64,000 nt of DNA from a virus. Taxonomy: Duplodnaviria; Caudoviricetes. A program made the position numbers and the translations under genes. The stretch is taken from positions 1,693 through 65,692 of the IMG/VR virus record IMGVR_UViG_2814123190_000001; one strand, 5' to 3'. The notes beneath the pieces were generated by a model. The model was given only the letters and a program-made list of their open reading frames with translations, ran no database searches and was not told the origin of the DNA. Shown piece after piece: positions 9,676-19,600 of the stretch (its first letter is position 1; each line of letters opens with the position of its first letter).

Positions 9676-9709
9676 ACCATGAATAAACCAATAATTATAA
9701 ATAAATACT

Positions 9710-9913
9710 ATGAAAGACCTTCCTCAAGTAGGTGAGCTTTACAGGCATATAGAGCGTGGTAGTGCTTACCGAATTATATGTATTGCTAATCTATACTCCT
9801 TAAATCCTAAGTTCCCAATTACTGTTATCTACGAGAATATTGCTACAGGAAGTGTATGGGCAAGACCATTTAATAGTGAATGGGCAGAGCGATACCAATT
9901 AATTAAAAAATAA
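9710..9913 (+). CDS. DUF1653-like small protein
   Basis: G.LYRH...G..Y......VIY......VWARP motif. Confidence 0.6.
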   Translation: MKDLPQVGELYRHIERGSAYRIICIANLYSLNPKFPITVIYENIATGSVWARPFNSEWAERYQLIKK

Positions 9914-9929
9914 TCTAAGGAGATACAAA

Positions 9930-12125
9930 ATGAATATTGAGAATATGCAGTATCACCCTCTTTCTGAGCAGTTAGTAAAAGTTCTATTAGATAAGACTCA
10001 AGCTACAGACCCTCATTATTTTAGGGTACTTGTGGCTTATTACTTTAGCTTAGCTGCTTCTCATATGCGAGCTAAGGTAGTTACTCAAGATAGAGGTGAT
10101 ATCCCTATCAACCTATATGCCTTAAATCTAGCTCCTTCTGGTTTCGGTAAAACCATGAGCACTAACTTTATGGAATCTGAGGTTTTAGGGAATTTCCGAT
10201 ATAAATTCTTAGAAGATACCTTCCCTTCAATGGCTGAGATTAATTTACCTAAATTAGCTAATCGTAGAGCCATCAGAAACCAGACAGACCCAGAGCAAGA
10301 ACTAGCAAGCGTAGAGCGTGAATTTGTACGTCAAGGACCTATGCTATTTAGTTTTGACAGTGGTACAAGTCCAGCAGTTAAGCAACTACGACATAAACTA
10401 CTAATGGCTAATGTAGGTAGTCTAAATCTGATTATGGACGAAGTAGGATTAAACCTTTCAGATAATAAAGAAGTCTTTAAAGATTTTATTGAGCTTTATG
10501 ATGTTGGTTTAATTAAGCAGAAATTAGTTAAATACACCAATGACAATCAACGCTCTGAAGAAATCATTGATAAGACTCCTTCTAACTTACTGATGTTTGG
10601 CGTGCCTAGTAAGCTCCTAGACAATGGTAAGACAGAATCTGACCTTATGTCCTTATTAGATACTGGATATGCTAGAAGATGCTTCTTTGCTCATGTAGAG
10701 AGAGTAGATAGAAAATCTACTTTATCTGCTGAGGAAATCTTTGAGATGCGTTCACAAATCCAAAGTAGTCAATTTATTGAGAATCTATCTGAGCAGTTAG
10801 AAATCCTAGCAGATGCCTCACAGGTAGATAAATCAATTGAAGTACCTAGAGAAGTATCTATCAAACTCATCGAGTACAGAAATTACTGTGAACGTAGAGC
10901 TAAAGAAATACCTAATCCAGAAAACTCTAAGCAGTTATTAATTGCAGAGCTAGAACATAGAGACTTTAAAGTCTTAAAACTAGCAGGTGCTTATGCCTTT
11001 ATGGATAACTCTATGTGGGTTACTGAAGAGCATTTAGATAATGCAATTAAGCTGGCTGAGGATAGTGGCGAAGCATTTCGTTCAATTGTAGAGCGAGATA
11101 GACCTTGGGTTCGCTTAGCTAAATATATTGCAGAAGTGGGTGATGAAGTAACTCAAGCAGATTTATCCCAAGATTTACCAATCTACTCAGGTCCTAAATC
11201 AGCTAAAGATGAGCTACTAACTAATGCTATTGCTTGGGGATACAAGAATAACGTCATTATTAAAAAGCGTTATGAAGATGGAATTGAATTTCTAAGAGGT
11301 GAAAGCTTAGATGAAACCAGTACAGATAAGATGATTATTACTTACAGCAATCAAATTACTGAAGGGTATCAGAATGAGTATGCTCCTTTTGAGAAACTCC
11401 ATCAATTAACTCAACAACCTAATATGCATTGGGTTAATCATCACCTAGATAACGGATACCGCAAAGAAGAACATATTGACGCCTCTGTAGGCACAAATAT
11501 GCTTGTCCTAGATGTTGATAACGGTACCCGATTAGAAGTCGTCAGAGAGCTTCTCAGGGACTATAAATACCATATCTATACTACCAAAAGACATACTTCC
11601 TCAGAGCATAGATTCAGAATCATTTTACCTCTAAGCCATGTACTGAAATTAGATATCAGAGATTACAAAGAATTCATGAATAACGTATTTGAATTCCTAC
11701 CCTTTGATGTTGATACTCAGACAGGACAAAGAGCTAGAAAATGGCTAACTCACAAAGGTCATTATGAATATAACGATGGTGAGTTATTTGATGCTATGCC
11801 TTTTATTCCTAGAACCGCTAAGAATGATTCACGCCTAAACCAAATGAAAAACCAGTCAGATTTAGACAGGTTAGAAAGATGGATTATGAATAATTCAGGA
11901 GATGGTAATAGAAATAATATGCTCTTGAGATATGGACTAATTCTTGTAGATTCTGGCTTTAAGCTAGATGAAGTAAGAACCAAATTGCTTAACTTAAACG
12001 ATAAATTATCCGACAAGTTAAGTGAAACTGAGATTCTTTCTACCATTTTAGTAACAGTGTCTAAAAAGCTGATTACTTCTAATGCTAGTAATGATGAACA
12101 TTCTAATCAAGTAATTAACAGTTAA
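9930..12125 (+). CDS. DNA primase, N4 gp43-like (P-loop domain plus primase domain)
   Basis: Walker A APSGFGKT, LIMDE; C-terminal LVLDVD, TTKRH..HRFRII, GNRNN.L. Confidence 0.88.
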   Translation: MNIENMQYHPLSEQLVKVLLDKTQATDPHYFRVLVAYYFSLAASHMRAKVVTQDRGDIPINLYALNLAPSGFGKTMSTNFMESEVLGNFRYKFLEDTFPSMAEINLPKLANRRAIRNQTDPEQELASVEREFVRQGPMLFSFDSGTSPAVKQLRHKLLMANVGSLNLIMDEVGLNLSDNKEVFKDFIELYDVGLIKQKLVKYTNDNQRSEEIIDKTPSNLLMFGVPSKLLDNGKTESDLMSLLDTGYARRCFFAHVERVDRKSTLSAEEIFEMRSQIQSSQFIENLSEQLEILADASQVDKSIEVPREVSIKLIEYRNYCERRAKEIPNPENSKQLLIAELEHRDFKVLKLAGAYAFMDNSMWVTEEHLDNAIKLAEDSGEAFRSIVERDRPWVRLAKYIAEVGDEVTQADLSQDLPIYSGPKSAKDELLTNAIAWGYKNNVIIKKRYEDGIEFLRGESLDETSTDKMIITYSNQITEGYQNEYAPFEKLHQLTQQPNMHWVNHHLDNGYRKEEHIDASVGTNMLVLDVDNGTRLEVVRELLRDYKYHIYTTKRHTSSEHRFRIILPLSHVLKLDIRDYKEFMNNVFEFLPFDVDTQTGQRARKWLTHKGHYEYNDGELFDAMPFIPRTAKNDSRLNQMKNQSDLDRLERWIMNNSGDGNRNNMLLRYGLILVDSGFKLDEVRTKLLNLNDKLSDKLSETEILSTILVTVSKKLITSNASNDEHSNQVINS

Positions 12126-12144
12126 CTATAAGGAATAAAACCAA

Positions 12145-12255
12145 ATGAGTAACAATAAAAATATTGTTCTGATTATGGGTAAACCTAATACTGGTAAGAG
12201 TACTTCTTTGATGAAGCTAGCTAACCAAGATAGGTATGTTTATCTCAATACAGAT
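12145..12255 (+). CDS. Exon 1 of N4 gp44/Sak4-like AAA ATPase (not in ORF track)
   Basis: AAGGA RBS, ATG 12145; MSNNKNIVLIMGKPNTGKSTSLMKLANQDRYVYLNTD contains Walker A; in-frame TAA follows at intron start. Confidence 0.88.
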
Positions 12256-13136
12256 TAATTTCTAGTCTGGCTTAGTAGAAATACTATGAATAATTAACCT
12301 ATCTAATTCAGGGAAACTCCTAACGTAAAGCCGAGGACAACCCTGAGCGAAGCTAATAGAAAAATAAATAGAAGGTAATGAACGTGGAAAAGGTAATTAA
12401 CGTCAACGGCAAAACATATGTTATATGTAGCAGCGGTAAGGTTTTTCGAGAAACTCTAAGAAAAATTCCCATTGTTACTAAAGGTATGCGCTTCTCTGGA
12501 AAATTTCTAGAAATCCAAGAACCCCGTAAACCATTAAAGCGTATCCTAAATAACCGAGGATATCTATCGGTAAAATTGGATAAAAAGACGAAAATGGTAC
12601 ATCGTTTAATTGCTGAAGCTTTTATCCCCAACCCAGAAAATAAACCATATGTGAACCATCTTAATGGCAATCGTTTAGATAACCGTGTAGAGAACCTTGA
12701 GTGGTGTACTCAACAAGAAAACGTTCATCATGCATTTAATACTGGTTTAATTTCCGAAAAGGGAAGAAAAAACTCCATACAGGCATTATTAGATAATAAT
12801 CCAAATCCGAGATTGTCCGATAGTGCTATTGAAGATATTCGTACTAATTTTAAAAAGAGGTGCCCAGTAAACGGGGCAAATGCCTTTGCAAAAAAGTATG
12901 GGGTATCCACTACCACTATTTCTTATGTTATTAATCGAAGAAAACATTATGTTTTCTATTAGAACGTGCAACGACTATCCCCAATGGGGAGTACATACGA
13001 AGCTAATGCGTATGGAAACGGTAGGCGTCTTAACAGATAGTGCTGAAGATGAAGATATAGTCTGTTCTCATAAGAAATTATGAGCAATTCTAGATGAATT
13101 GACTTAATGAGTTGCGTCATTAAGTAAACACAAAAG
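12256..13136 (+). mobile_element. Group I self-splicing intron (IA2-like), 881 nt, carrying HNH homing endonuclease
   Basis: P1 CAGAU/GUCUG with U12255.G12265 wobble; P AAUUCAGGGAA and Q AACCCUGAGC; P3 CCUAUC/GGUAGG; P6a 12353-63/12952-62; R GUGCAACGACUA; S AAGAUAUAGUC; P7.1, P7.2, P8, P9, P9.1, P9.2 hairpins; omega-G13136; splicing restores frame. Confidence 0.92.
12378..12962 (+). CDS. Intron-encoded HNH homing endonuclease (I-HmuI-like)
   Basis: Y..CSSGKV NUMOD4-like start; VHRLIAEAFIPNPENKPYVNHLNGNRLDNRVENLEWCT..EN..H; C-terminal HTH-like AKKYGVS.TTIS.V. Confidence 0.92.
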   Translation: MNVEKVINVNGKTYVICSSGKVFRETLRKIPIVTKGMRFSGKFLEIQEPRKPLKRILNNRGYLSVKLDKKTKMVHRLIAEAFIPNPENKPYVNHLNGNRLDNRVENLEWCTQQENVHHAFNTGLISEKGRKNSIQALLDNNPNPRLSDSAIEDIRTNFKKRCPVNGANAFAKKYGVSTTTISYVINRRKHYVFY

Positions 13137-13751
13137 ATGAAAGAACTGCCCTTCAAAGATAAATTCTTAAAGAATGTACAGGTAGCTGATGCTCTTGATG
13201 TACTTGGGTTCATTTCAGAGATTGAAAAGAATCCTGATGTTGATGGGGTTGTTATAGATACCCTAACTTTCTTAATGAGTATGTATGAAAGGCAGTATGT
13301 AGCTACTGCTACAAACACCCAAAAGGCATGGGGAGATTACGGGAACTTCTACCGTGAATTAATCCACGCAATTAAAGCAGGTACTAAAGACTACATTATC
13401 TTTGCTCATGAGGATTCAGAACTAAATACTCAAACCATGCAGATGGAAACTAGAGTACCCGTAAAAGGCTCTGTAGGAAGAACTGGAGTAGAGGCAGACT
13501 TTACTACTATTCTCTCTGCTAAGCAGGTTCCTATCTCTATTCTTCAAGATGAGAAATATCATAATGATTTATTAAATATTACTCCTGAAGAAGAGGAAGA
13601 TGGTCAGAAGCACGTATTCGTAACCCGAGTAACTAAAGAGTATGTCGGTGAGAAAATGAGAAGTGCTATGGGCTTATGGAACCGTAATGAGTTATATATC
13701 GATAATGATATTAATCAAGTACTTATCCGATTAAAAGAGTACTATAATTAA
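13137..13751 (+). CDS. Exon 2 of N4 gp44/Sak4-like AAA ATPase (spliced product 241 aa)
   Basis: Walker B VVIDTLTFLM, AWGDY, FAH, VPVKGS...GVEADF; lacks Walker A unless joined to exon 1; lies between primase and SSB as N4 gp44. Confidence 0.9.
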   Translation: MKELPFKDKFLKNVQVADALDVLGFISEIEKNPDVDGVVIDTLTFLMSMYERQYVATATNTQKAWGDYGNFYRELIHAIKAGTKDYIIFAHEDSELNTQTMQMETRVPVKGSVGRTGVEADFTTILSAKQVPISILQDEKYHNDLLNITPEEEEDGQKHVFVTRVTKEYVGEKMRSAMGLWNRNELYIDNDINQVLIRLKEYYN

Positions 13752-13795
13752 TTCTTTAAATTTAAAGAAATTAGTTATCTACCCTTGTCTTTACT

Positions 13796-13842
13796 AAATA
13801 AAACCAATAGTTATATCTCCTATTTCTATTGGTTTTATTTTC
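13796..13842 (+). terminator. Inverted repeat/terminator after ATPase gene
   Basis: AAATAAAACCAATAG / CTATTGGTTTTATTT 15-bp perfect IR. Confidence 0.55.
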
Positions 13843-13885
13843 CCTAAATTAATTAATTAATAAAAACTATATATAGGAAATTATT

Positions 13886-14623
13886 ATGACTTTTTTTGGT
13901 AACCTAGAAACCTCTTCAGATATCCAACAAGAACAGGATTTCGTATCTCGTGGTGGTTTATTAGATTCTGATATTTATACCCTCACTATTAAATTAGCTT
14001 ATGGTGTTATCGCTGGTAGTGGCGCTAAAGGTTTAGCTATCGTAGGGGAGACTGAAGATGGTCGAGAAGTCCGTCAAACTTTCTACTTAACCTCAGGTAC
14101 TGCTAAGGGTTGTTTAAACTTCTGGACTGACCAGAATGGTAAAAAACACTACTTACCTGGCTTTAACATGGCAGATTCATTAGCCCTTCTAACCGTTGGT
14201 AAGTCGATTACAGAGCTTCCTACAGAGACTAAGAAGATTAGCCTATGGAACTCAGAAGTTCGTGCAGAAGTGCCTACAGACGTTCCTATGTTCATGGATT
14301 TAATTGGCCAGAAAATCAAAGCAGGAATCCAGAAACAGTTGGTTAATAAAACTGCTCAAGGTTCTTCAGGTAAATGGGTTAACACCTCTGAAACCAGAGA
14401 AGTTAATGAAATCGATAAATTCTTCCGAGAACGTGATTCTAAAACCACAACAGAAATCCGTGCAGAAGCTCCTGAAGCCAATTACATTGAAATTTGGAAA
14501 ACTCAAAACCAAGGTCAATTAATTGATAAGGTTAAGAAAGCTGACCCTTCAACGTCAAGAGCAGCTAATAGCAGTGCCTCTAATGGTGGTACTGCAATGC
14601 CTACAAAGAGCTTATTTGCTTAA
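13886..14623 (+). CDS. Single-stranded DNA-binding protein, N4 gp45-like
   Basis: LDSDIY..TI..AY, F.LTSG, YLPGF..A, RE.NEIDKFF, flexible tail ending SLFA; synteny. Confidence 0.8.
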   Translation: MTFFGNLETSSDIQQEQDFVSRGGLLDSDIYTLTIKLAYGVIAGSGAKGLAIVGETEDGREVRQTFYLTSGTAKGCLNFWTDQNGKKHYLPGFNMADSLALLTVGKSITELPTETKKISLWNSEVRAEVPTDVPMFMDLIGQKIKAGIQKQLVNKTAQGSSGKWVNTSETREVNEIDKFFRERDSKTTTEIRAEAPEANYIEIWKTQNQGQLIDKVKKADPSTSRAANSSASNGGTAMPTKSLFA

Positions 14624-14654
14624 TTAGTTAGTCTTAACTGATGGATACTTAAAT

Positions 14655-15161
14655 ATGGAAAATTTATCTAATCCAGTAAAGATTAATTTTACTTTAACCC
14701 CTAGTGCAGTAAAAGCATTCTTACTTGCAGAGCTAAGCAATCATTTAAGGATTCTGTTTGCCTATGATACGTACTGTAGAATTCGTGATAAAGAATCCTT
14801 GGTACTTAAGGTATCGACTGGAGACTCTGAATTAGATGCTGAGCTATCAAAGAAAATCTCAGGTAGTGAATTAGCAGCTTATAAAGTTGGTTTACTATCC
14901 TCTACTGATTTTATGGAAATGAAGACAGGTAGAGGAACTACCACTGAAGATACTACCGAAGAAGAGTATGAATATGTCCTACAGCTAAAGAAGCTATCTG
15001 AGAAAATGAATAGCATTTTCCAAGAACATATCGATTCTCTTCTTATATCCTCAAAAGAGGAAATTCTTCAACTTCCTCCATTTAAAGAATTAGCTCAAAA
15101 GCTAATTCAAGAAGTTATTGATAAATGTATCAATGTAGTAAAAACAGAGGATAATGACTAA
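14655..15161 (+). CDS. Hypothetical protein
   Basis: 168-aa ORF in co-directional operon. Confidence 0.6.
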   Translation: MENLSNPVKINFTLTPSAVKAFLLAELSNHLRILFAYDTYCRIRDKESLVLKVSTGDSELDAELSKKISGSELAAYKVGLLSSTDFMEMKTGRGTTTEDTTEEEYEYVLQLKKLSEKMNSIFQEHIDSLLISSKEEILQLPPFKELAQKLIQEVIDKCINVVKTEDND

Positions 15162-15741
15162 GTCGGTTAATATCCCTATTGTTGGAATTGATCCTAGCCT
15201 TAATAACTGGGGAATGGTAAAAGGAGAGATGTATGTCTCTCCTACTACCTACGAAATCCATTCAATTCATATCAAATCAAACATAGTTTTACAGCCTAAA
15301 ACTACTTACCAAAAACACTCTCTACAAAGCATTAAAGACTATTCCAGAGCATTTGAGATTTACTCTAATACCCTTGGATTCATTGATAATGCGCCTAAAG
15401 TAGTATTTGTAGAATTCCCCATAGGTAGTCAATCAGCTAGGGCAATGGCTTCCTATGGTGTCTGTCTAGGAATTCTAGGCTCACTAGGTAATAGTTTACC
15501 CATCATTTCAGTTACTCCCAACGAAGTAAAAATGTCCACTGTAGGCTCTAGAACAGCCTCTAAGGAAGAAATGATTCAATGGGCTATAACTACTCACCCA
15601 GAACTAGAAATGCCCTCTAGAACGCTTAGAGGATCTCCTACACTTATCACATCAAAGGCTGAGCATATTGCTGATGCGGTAGGTGCTATTTATGCAGGTA
15701 TCTCTAAACTAGATTTACCTGATTTTTTAAAAACACTTTAA
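15154..15741 (+). CDS. RuvC-like Holliday junction resolvase
   Basis: IVGIDPSL.NWG, VFVE.P.GSQS, VTP.EVK..V.G...ASK, HIADA. Confidence 0.85.
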   Translation: MTKSVNIPIVGIDPSLNNWGMVKGEMYVSPTTYEIHSIHIKSNIVLQPKTTYQKHSLQSIKDYSRAFEIYSNTLGFIDNAPKVVFVEFPIGSQSARAMASYGVCLGILGSLGNSLPIISVTPNEVKMSTVGSRTASKEEMIQWAITTHPELEMPSRTLRGSPTLITSKAEHIADAVGAIYAGISKLDLPDFLKTL

Positions 15742-15760
15742 ATTTAAAAGGATAAAAAAT

Positions 15761-16132
15761 ATGCAGATTTCTTTAAACCAAGAAGAGATTGAACAAGCCA
15801 TCCTCAAATATATTACTGAACTAGGTATTGCGGTTGACCCTGCTACTGCACAGATGACGTTTACTTCTGGCAGAAGCGATAAAGGATTAACTGTAGATAT
15901 CAATGATGAAACCAGCGTAATTAAACGAGGTATTGAAAATGTGGAGTCGAATACTCTTAGTGGCAGCGGAAGCGATAATAGTAAGTTTACTAAGCCAAGC
16001 AACCCAGAACCACAAGCCAAAGAAGAGGAAGTAGTAGTAGTTGATACTTCTCCTGCTATGCTTGAGGAAGATGAGGATATTCCACTTCAATCAGAATCTA
16101 CTTCTACTAGTACCTCTAGTCTGTTTTCCTAG
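15761..16132 (+). CDS. Conserved N4-like hypothetical protein with acidic tail
   Basis: MQISL.Q.EIEQAI..YI...G...FT.GR...G...DI; ends SLFS. Confidence 0.65.
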   Translation: MQISLNQEEIEQAILKYITELGIAVDPATAQMTFTSGRSDKGLTVDINDETSVIKRGIENVESNTLSGSGSDNSKFTKPSNPEPQAKEEEVVVVDTSPAMLEEDEDIPLQSESTSTSTSSLFS

Positions 16133-16146
16133 TAAGCTCTCCTAAT

Positions 16147-16222
16147 ATCCACTTGGGATAGATTAGTAGATTAGATATTTAGATATCTAGTTATACTGAC
16201 TATCCTAGGTGGATTCTTTTTT
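16147..16222 (+). terminator. Long hairpin with T-tract
   Basis: ATCCACTTGGGATAG...CTATCCTAGGTGGAT with inner pairing, followed by TCTTTTTT. Confidence 0.6.
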
Positions 16223-16227
16223 ATTAT

Positions 16228-16419
16228 GTGGAGATTACTATGATTACATTTATTAAGATAGTCGCATACCTAATACTGATATTAGTAGGAGGAGTTTCTG
16301 CTTTCTTAATGGGTGCAGTATTCTTAGGAATAATAAGCTTTTTACCCTACATCATAGTAGGTGGTGGGATTATCATGCTTGCCTTTATGATTATTACTAG
16401 TAAACCTTTTGATGATTAG
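16228..16419 (+). CDS. Small membrane protein
   Basis: Almost entirely hydrophobic, two TM segments; GGAG RBS favours start at ATG 16240. Confidence 0.65.
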   Translation: MEITMITFIKIVAYLILILVGGVSAFLMGAVFLGIISFLPYIIVGGGIIMLAFMIITSKPFDD

Positions 16420-16427
16420 GAATCCTA

Positions 16428-16661
16428 ATGAGATATCAATTACTTATGATGAAAAAAGAATTAGAGGGCATTTCCGATAGGCTTATCCTACTTCACGAAA
16501 GAGAGAGGAGTCCCTATAAAAAGGAACTCCTACACTCTAACTTGGAAGTAACTAATTCTTTAATTTCGGTATTTGATGCCTCTATCCAAGCTTTGGGTAG
16601 GGAATCATCTTCCGAGAAAAAAGATAAGTATGTTAAAAAAGATCCAATGTCATTACATTAA
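16428..16661 (+). CDS. Hypothetical protein
   Basis: AGGA RBS; 77 aa; converges on vRNAP stop. Confidence 0.5.
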   Translation: MRYQLLMMKKELEGISDRLILLHERERSPYKKELLHSNLEVTNSLISVFDASIQALGRESSSEKKDKYVKKDPMSLH

Positions 16662-16667
16662 TCTGGA

Positions 16668-19600
16668 TTAATATAAATTACTTATCCCATACTCAATCGT
16701 ACCAATAGTACCCACATTTTTAGGAATATTAAATATACTCCACTCTAGTGGATTTCTAGTTAGACGATTGGTAGTAAGCCAAGAGGAATCCATAACAGTA
16801 TCTAAGCCACTAATACCAACTGTGGCATTAGTAAGGATTGTAGATACTACATGTACTGGCTTATTAACTAATAATGAAGCCAATACTCTTTGGATTCCTA
16901 AGGCATACTTCATAAATAATACTAATCCTAAACCGTCCATATATTGAAGATGTCTAGGCATCGCAATATCGTACATAATGAACGAATCTTTAGCAGCATC
17001 TAATGCCTCTTTTTCACTTAGTGGATTATGCTTCTTATTGGTTAAATGGTCATATAACGCATGTCTTGCTACAAAATCACTGTATTGAGTTGCTGTATTC
17101 AGTACTTTAAATAGCGTAGTATCCTGAGCCATGTACACGAATTTAGCCACTTCTCTAACTGATTTTGGAAGCTTAGAAGTTTTCTCATCTAACTTATTAA
17201 AGAATTGATTTCTTAAAGAATATGGGTCATCTTCCAAAGCTACGTCCTCAACAATCGTAGGCATTAATCCGTTATGAATTAGTGTCTGAATAGGGTTATT
17301 ATTTAATACCTGTCTAAGTGTCTCTAAATCACTCTCCATACGCTTACGTTGAGCAGCAGGAATATCTGGATTAATAGATAATCGAGTGTGTAAATCATAA
17401 GCTTGATCAGTTCTAAGCTTGTAGTCCTTAAGAAGCTTATAACCCTCAATCTGTTTAGTGATTGCCTTGATTGGGTGCATACCATTCATCATAAGAAGTG
17501 TGGTGTTGGACCAAATATTTCCTAATAAAACAACTCCTGATTTAACAACAATCCATTGTTTCATTTCTTGAATCATAGTCCTAAATACATCTTCCCCTCT
17601 TCGGATATGATGTATAGCACGCTTAGCAAAGGCTTCAGCGTCTTTCGGGTCTACCCCTAACCACTTAGTACCAACAGTCTTATAAATGTGTTCTACTGCA
17701 GCTACAAATAGCTCTGTGAATTTATTCCTATTGGCCGGGTCAGATTCTAGGAACTCCGCTAAGCTAGGCATACGATAACCAAAGGTAACTGTTAATAGGT
17801 CTTTTCTAACAAAAATTCCATCTTTAACATTATCGTCCTTTAACATAAGCTGAGGATTAGCCTTAGCCATATTGGTTTTCAAATAATTCTGAGTTTCCTC
17901 AGGAATTAAATTCCAATACTCTGCTAATACAGGGTCTTTTGAATCCTTACCAACCCAGACAAATGATTCCTTATAGAGGTCATAATCATCTTTGAAATCA
18001 CTAATTAATACATCAGCCACATTTTGGTTATGGTTTACGGTTTCTACTTTGTCATAAATAGAAGCAGCATATTTACCTAGTAACGTACCAAAGTCATTAT
18101 TTCTAGAGAATAAAGAATCTTTGGTGTGGTTATCCATTTCATATCTGTAGTTAGCAACTAAGCCATTTGATGTTAGTAGTGGAATTGCATAGTCTCTTCT
18201 TAGGTTACCTGGATTCTCAAACTTAAATGGTGTTTTAAATAAGGAATCAATATCCTTTCTTCTCTTAGCATAGGTCTGTTTTACCCCATTAGAGAAGTTA
18301 CTCTCAAATACAGTAGTTCCTCTGTGGTGTTTGTTTGTAATCTGCATGGCTTGAGACACATAGCGATTACTACCACTATTCTTAAGAACATACATATATT
18401 GCTTCTCAGGACCTGAAGTAATTGATGGGTCTGTAGATACTGGATTATTAATCATCACATAACCCATGGCTTTATATTTACTGGCTTCAGATGCAGGAGC
18501 AATCTCAAAATGAGTTCTCTCATCTAATTGGTCTGGTAAATACGCATCAGTCATGTGAGCACCTAAAGTATCTTCAGAGAATAATATCTCTTTAGACTGC
18601 TTCTCAAGGTCTCTCACGAACTGTAATGTCCACTTAATACCATTACCATCAGTACGTGCATTTTCCGTCTGTAAGAGCCTGTGAGCCACTGTAAGCTCTT
18701 CTGGCTTCATATAAGAAATAGCCATTAAGCTAAATAATTTCTTAAGCGTAGGCTCTACTGCTTTGGCTTGCTTTTCTGATACCCGTGCTACTTTAGGATC
18801 AATACCTACTAATCTAGCAATTGCTCCAATATTGTTTAGAGCATGTGCATGTACAGAATTACCTCCATATAAAGAACGATAAGCAAAATCTGAAACCAGT
18901 TTTAGGTAAGCATTAACGTGCCCTTTATTCTGGGCACTACTACGTAATTGAGCAGATAGTCTTTGGATTTCTTTAGATAGCTTGTCTCCATCTTTTAAGA
19001 ATCCTTCGATATCTTCCATACTGTAGTCATCGATAAGGTATTGAGTACCACCTCGTAAGAATACTTGAGAGATGGTATTTCTCTCTGTTTGGGTTAAATG
19101 AATACCTCCATTCTTGAAACCAGAATCTAAGAATTTCTTAGCATTAGCTTCAATAGTCTTTCTATTTCCCTGTAGGAAGTTAGCAGCGACTACCATTGCT
19201 TCCATAGGTTTGTGGTGTCCGTGAATATGAGTAGCTAGGTTTCTAACAAATCCCGGTCTACTATCTTCCTTGCCTCTAGTGAAGTCAATATAGTTATAGA
19301 AGGATTTAAGCATACCTCCATTTTTTACAAAGTCAGGATTTTTCATGCCTGTCTTTATTGAAGTAGCTACTGTATAGATGGTATTAGCAATACCCCCTTT
19401 CTTATTCTTAGTAGCACTAGAGAGTCTTTCTGCTGCGGTTTGAATAGTAGCCTTACCTGCATTTGAGATACCGCTATTAATCCTATCAGTAACGTACCCT
19501 AGGTTAGAGATAATATTTTCACCAGAGAGTTTATTAGCATGCCTCTGTTGGATTGATTCCAAACGATAAGCCAAGATTTCTAACTGTTCTTTAATAGTTT

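Noticed and set aside
12880-13083. 67-aa + strand ORF and minus-strand ORFs over 12353-13318
   Set aside because: They overlay the HNH gene and intron catalytic core; no RBS or motifs.
13137-13751. Stand-alone or pseudogenised ATPase
   Set aside because: Missing Walker A is supplied in frame by exon 12145-12255 after splicing.
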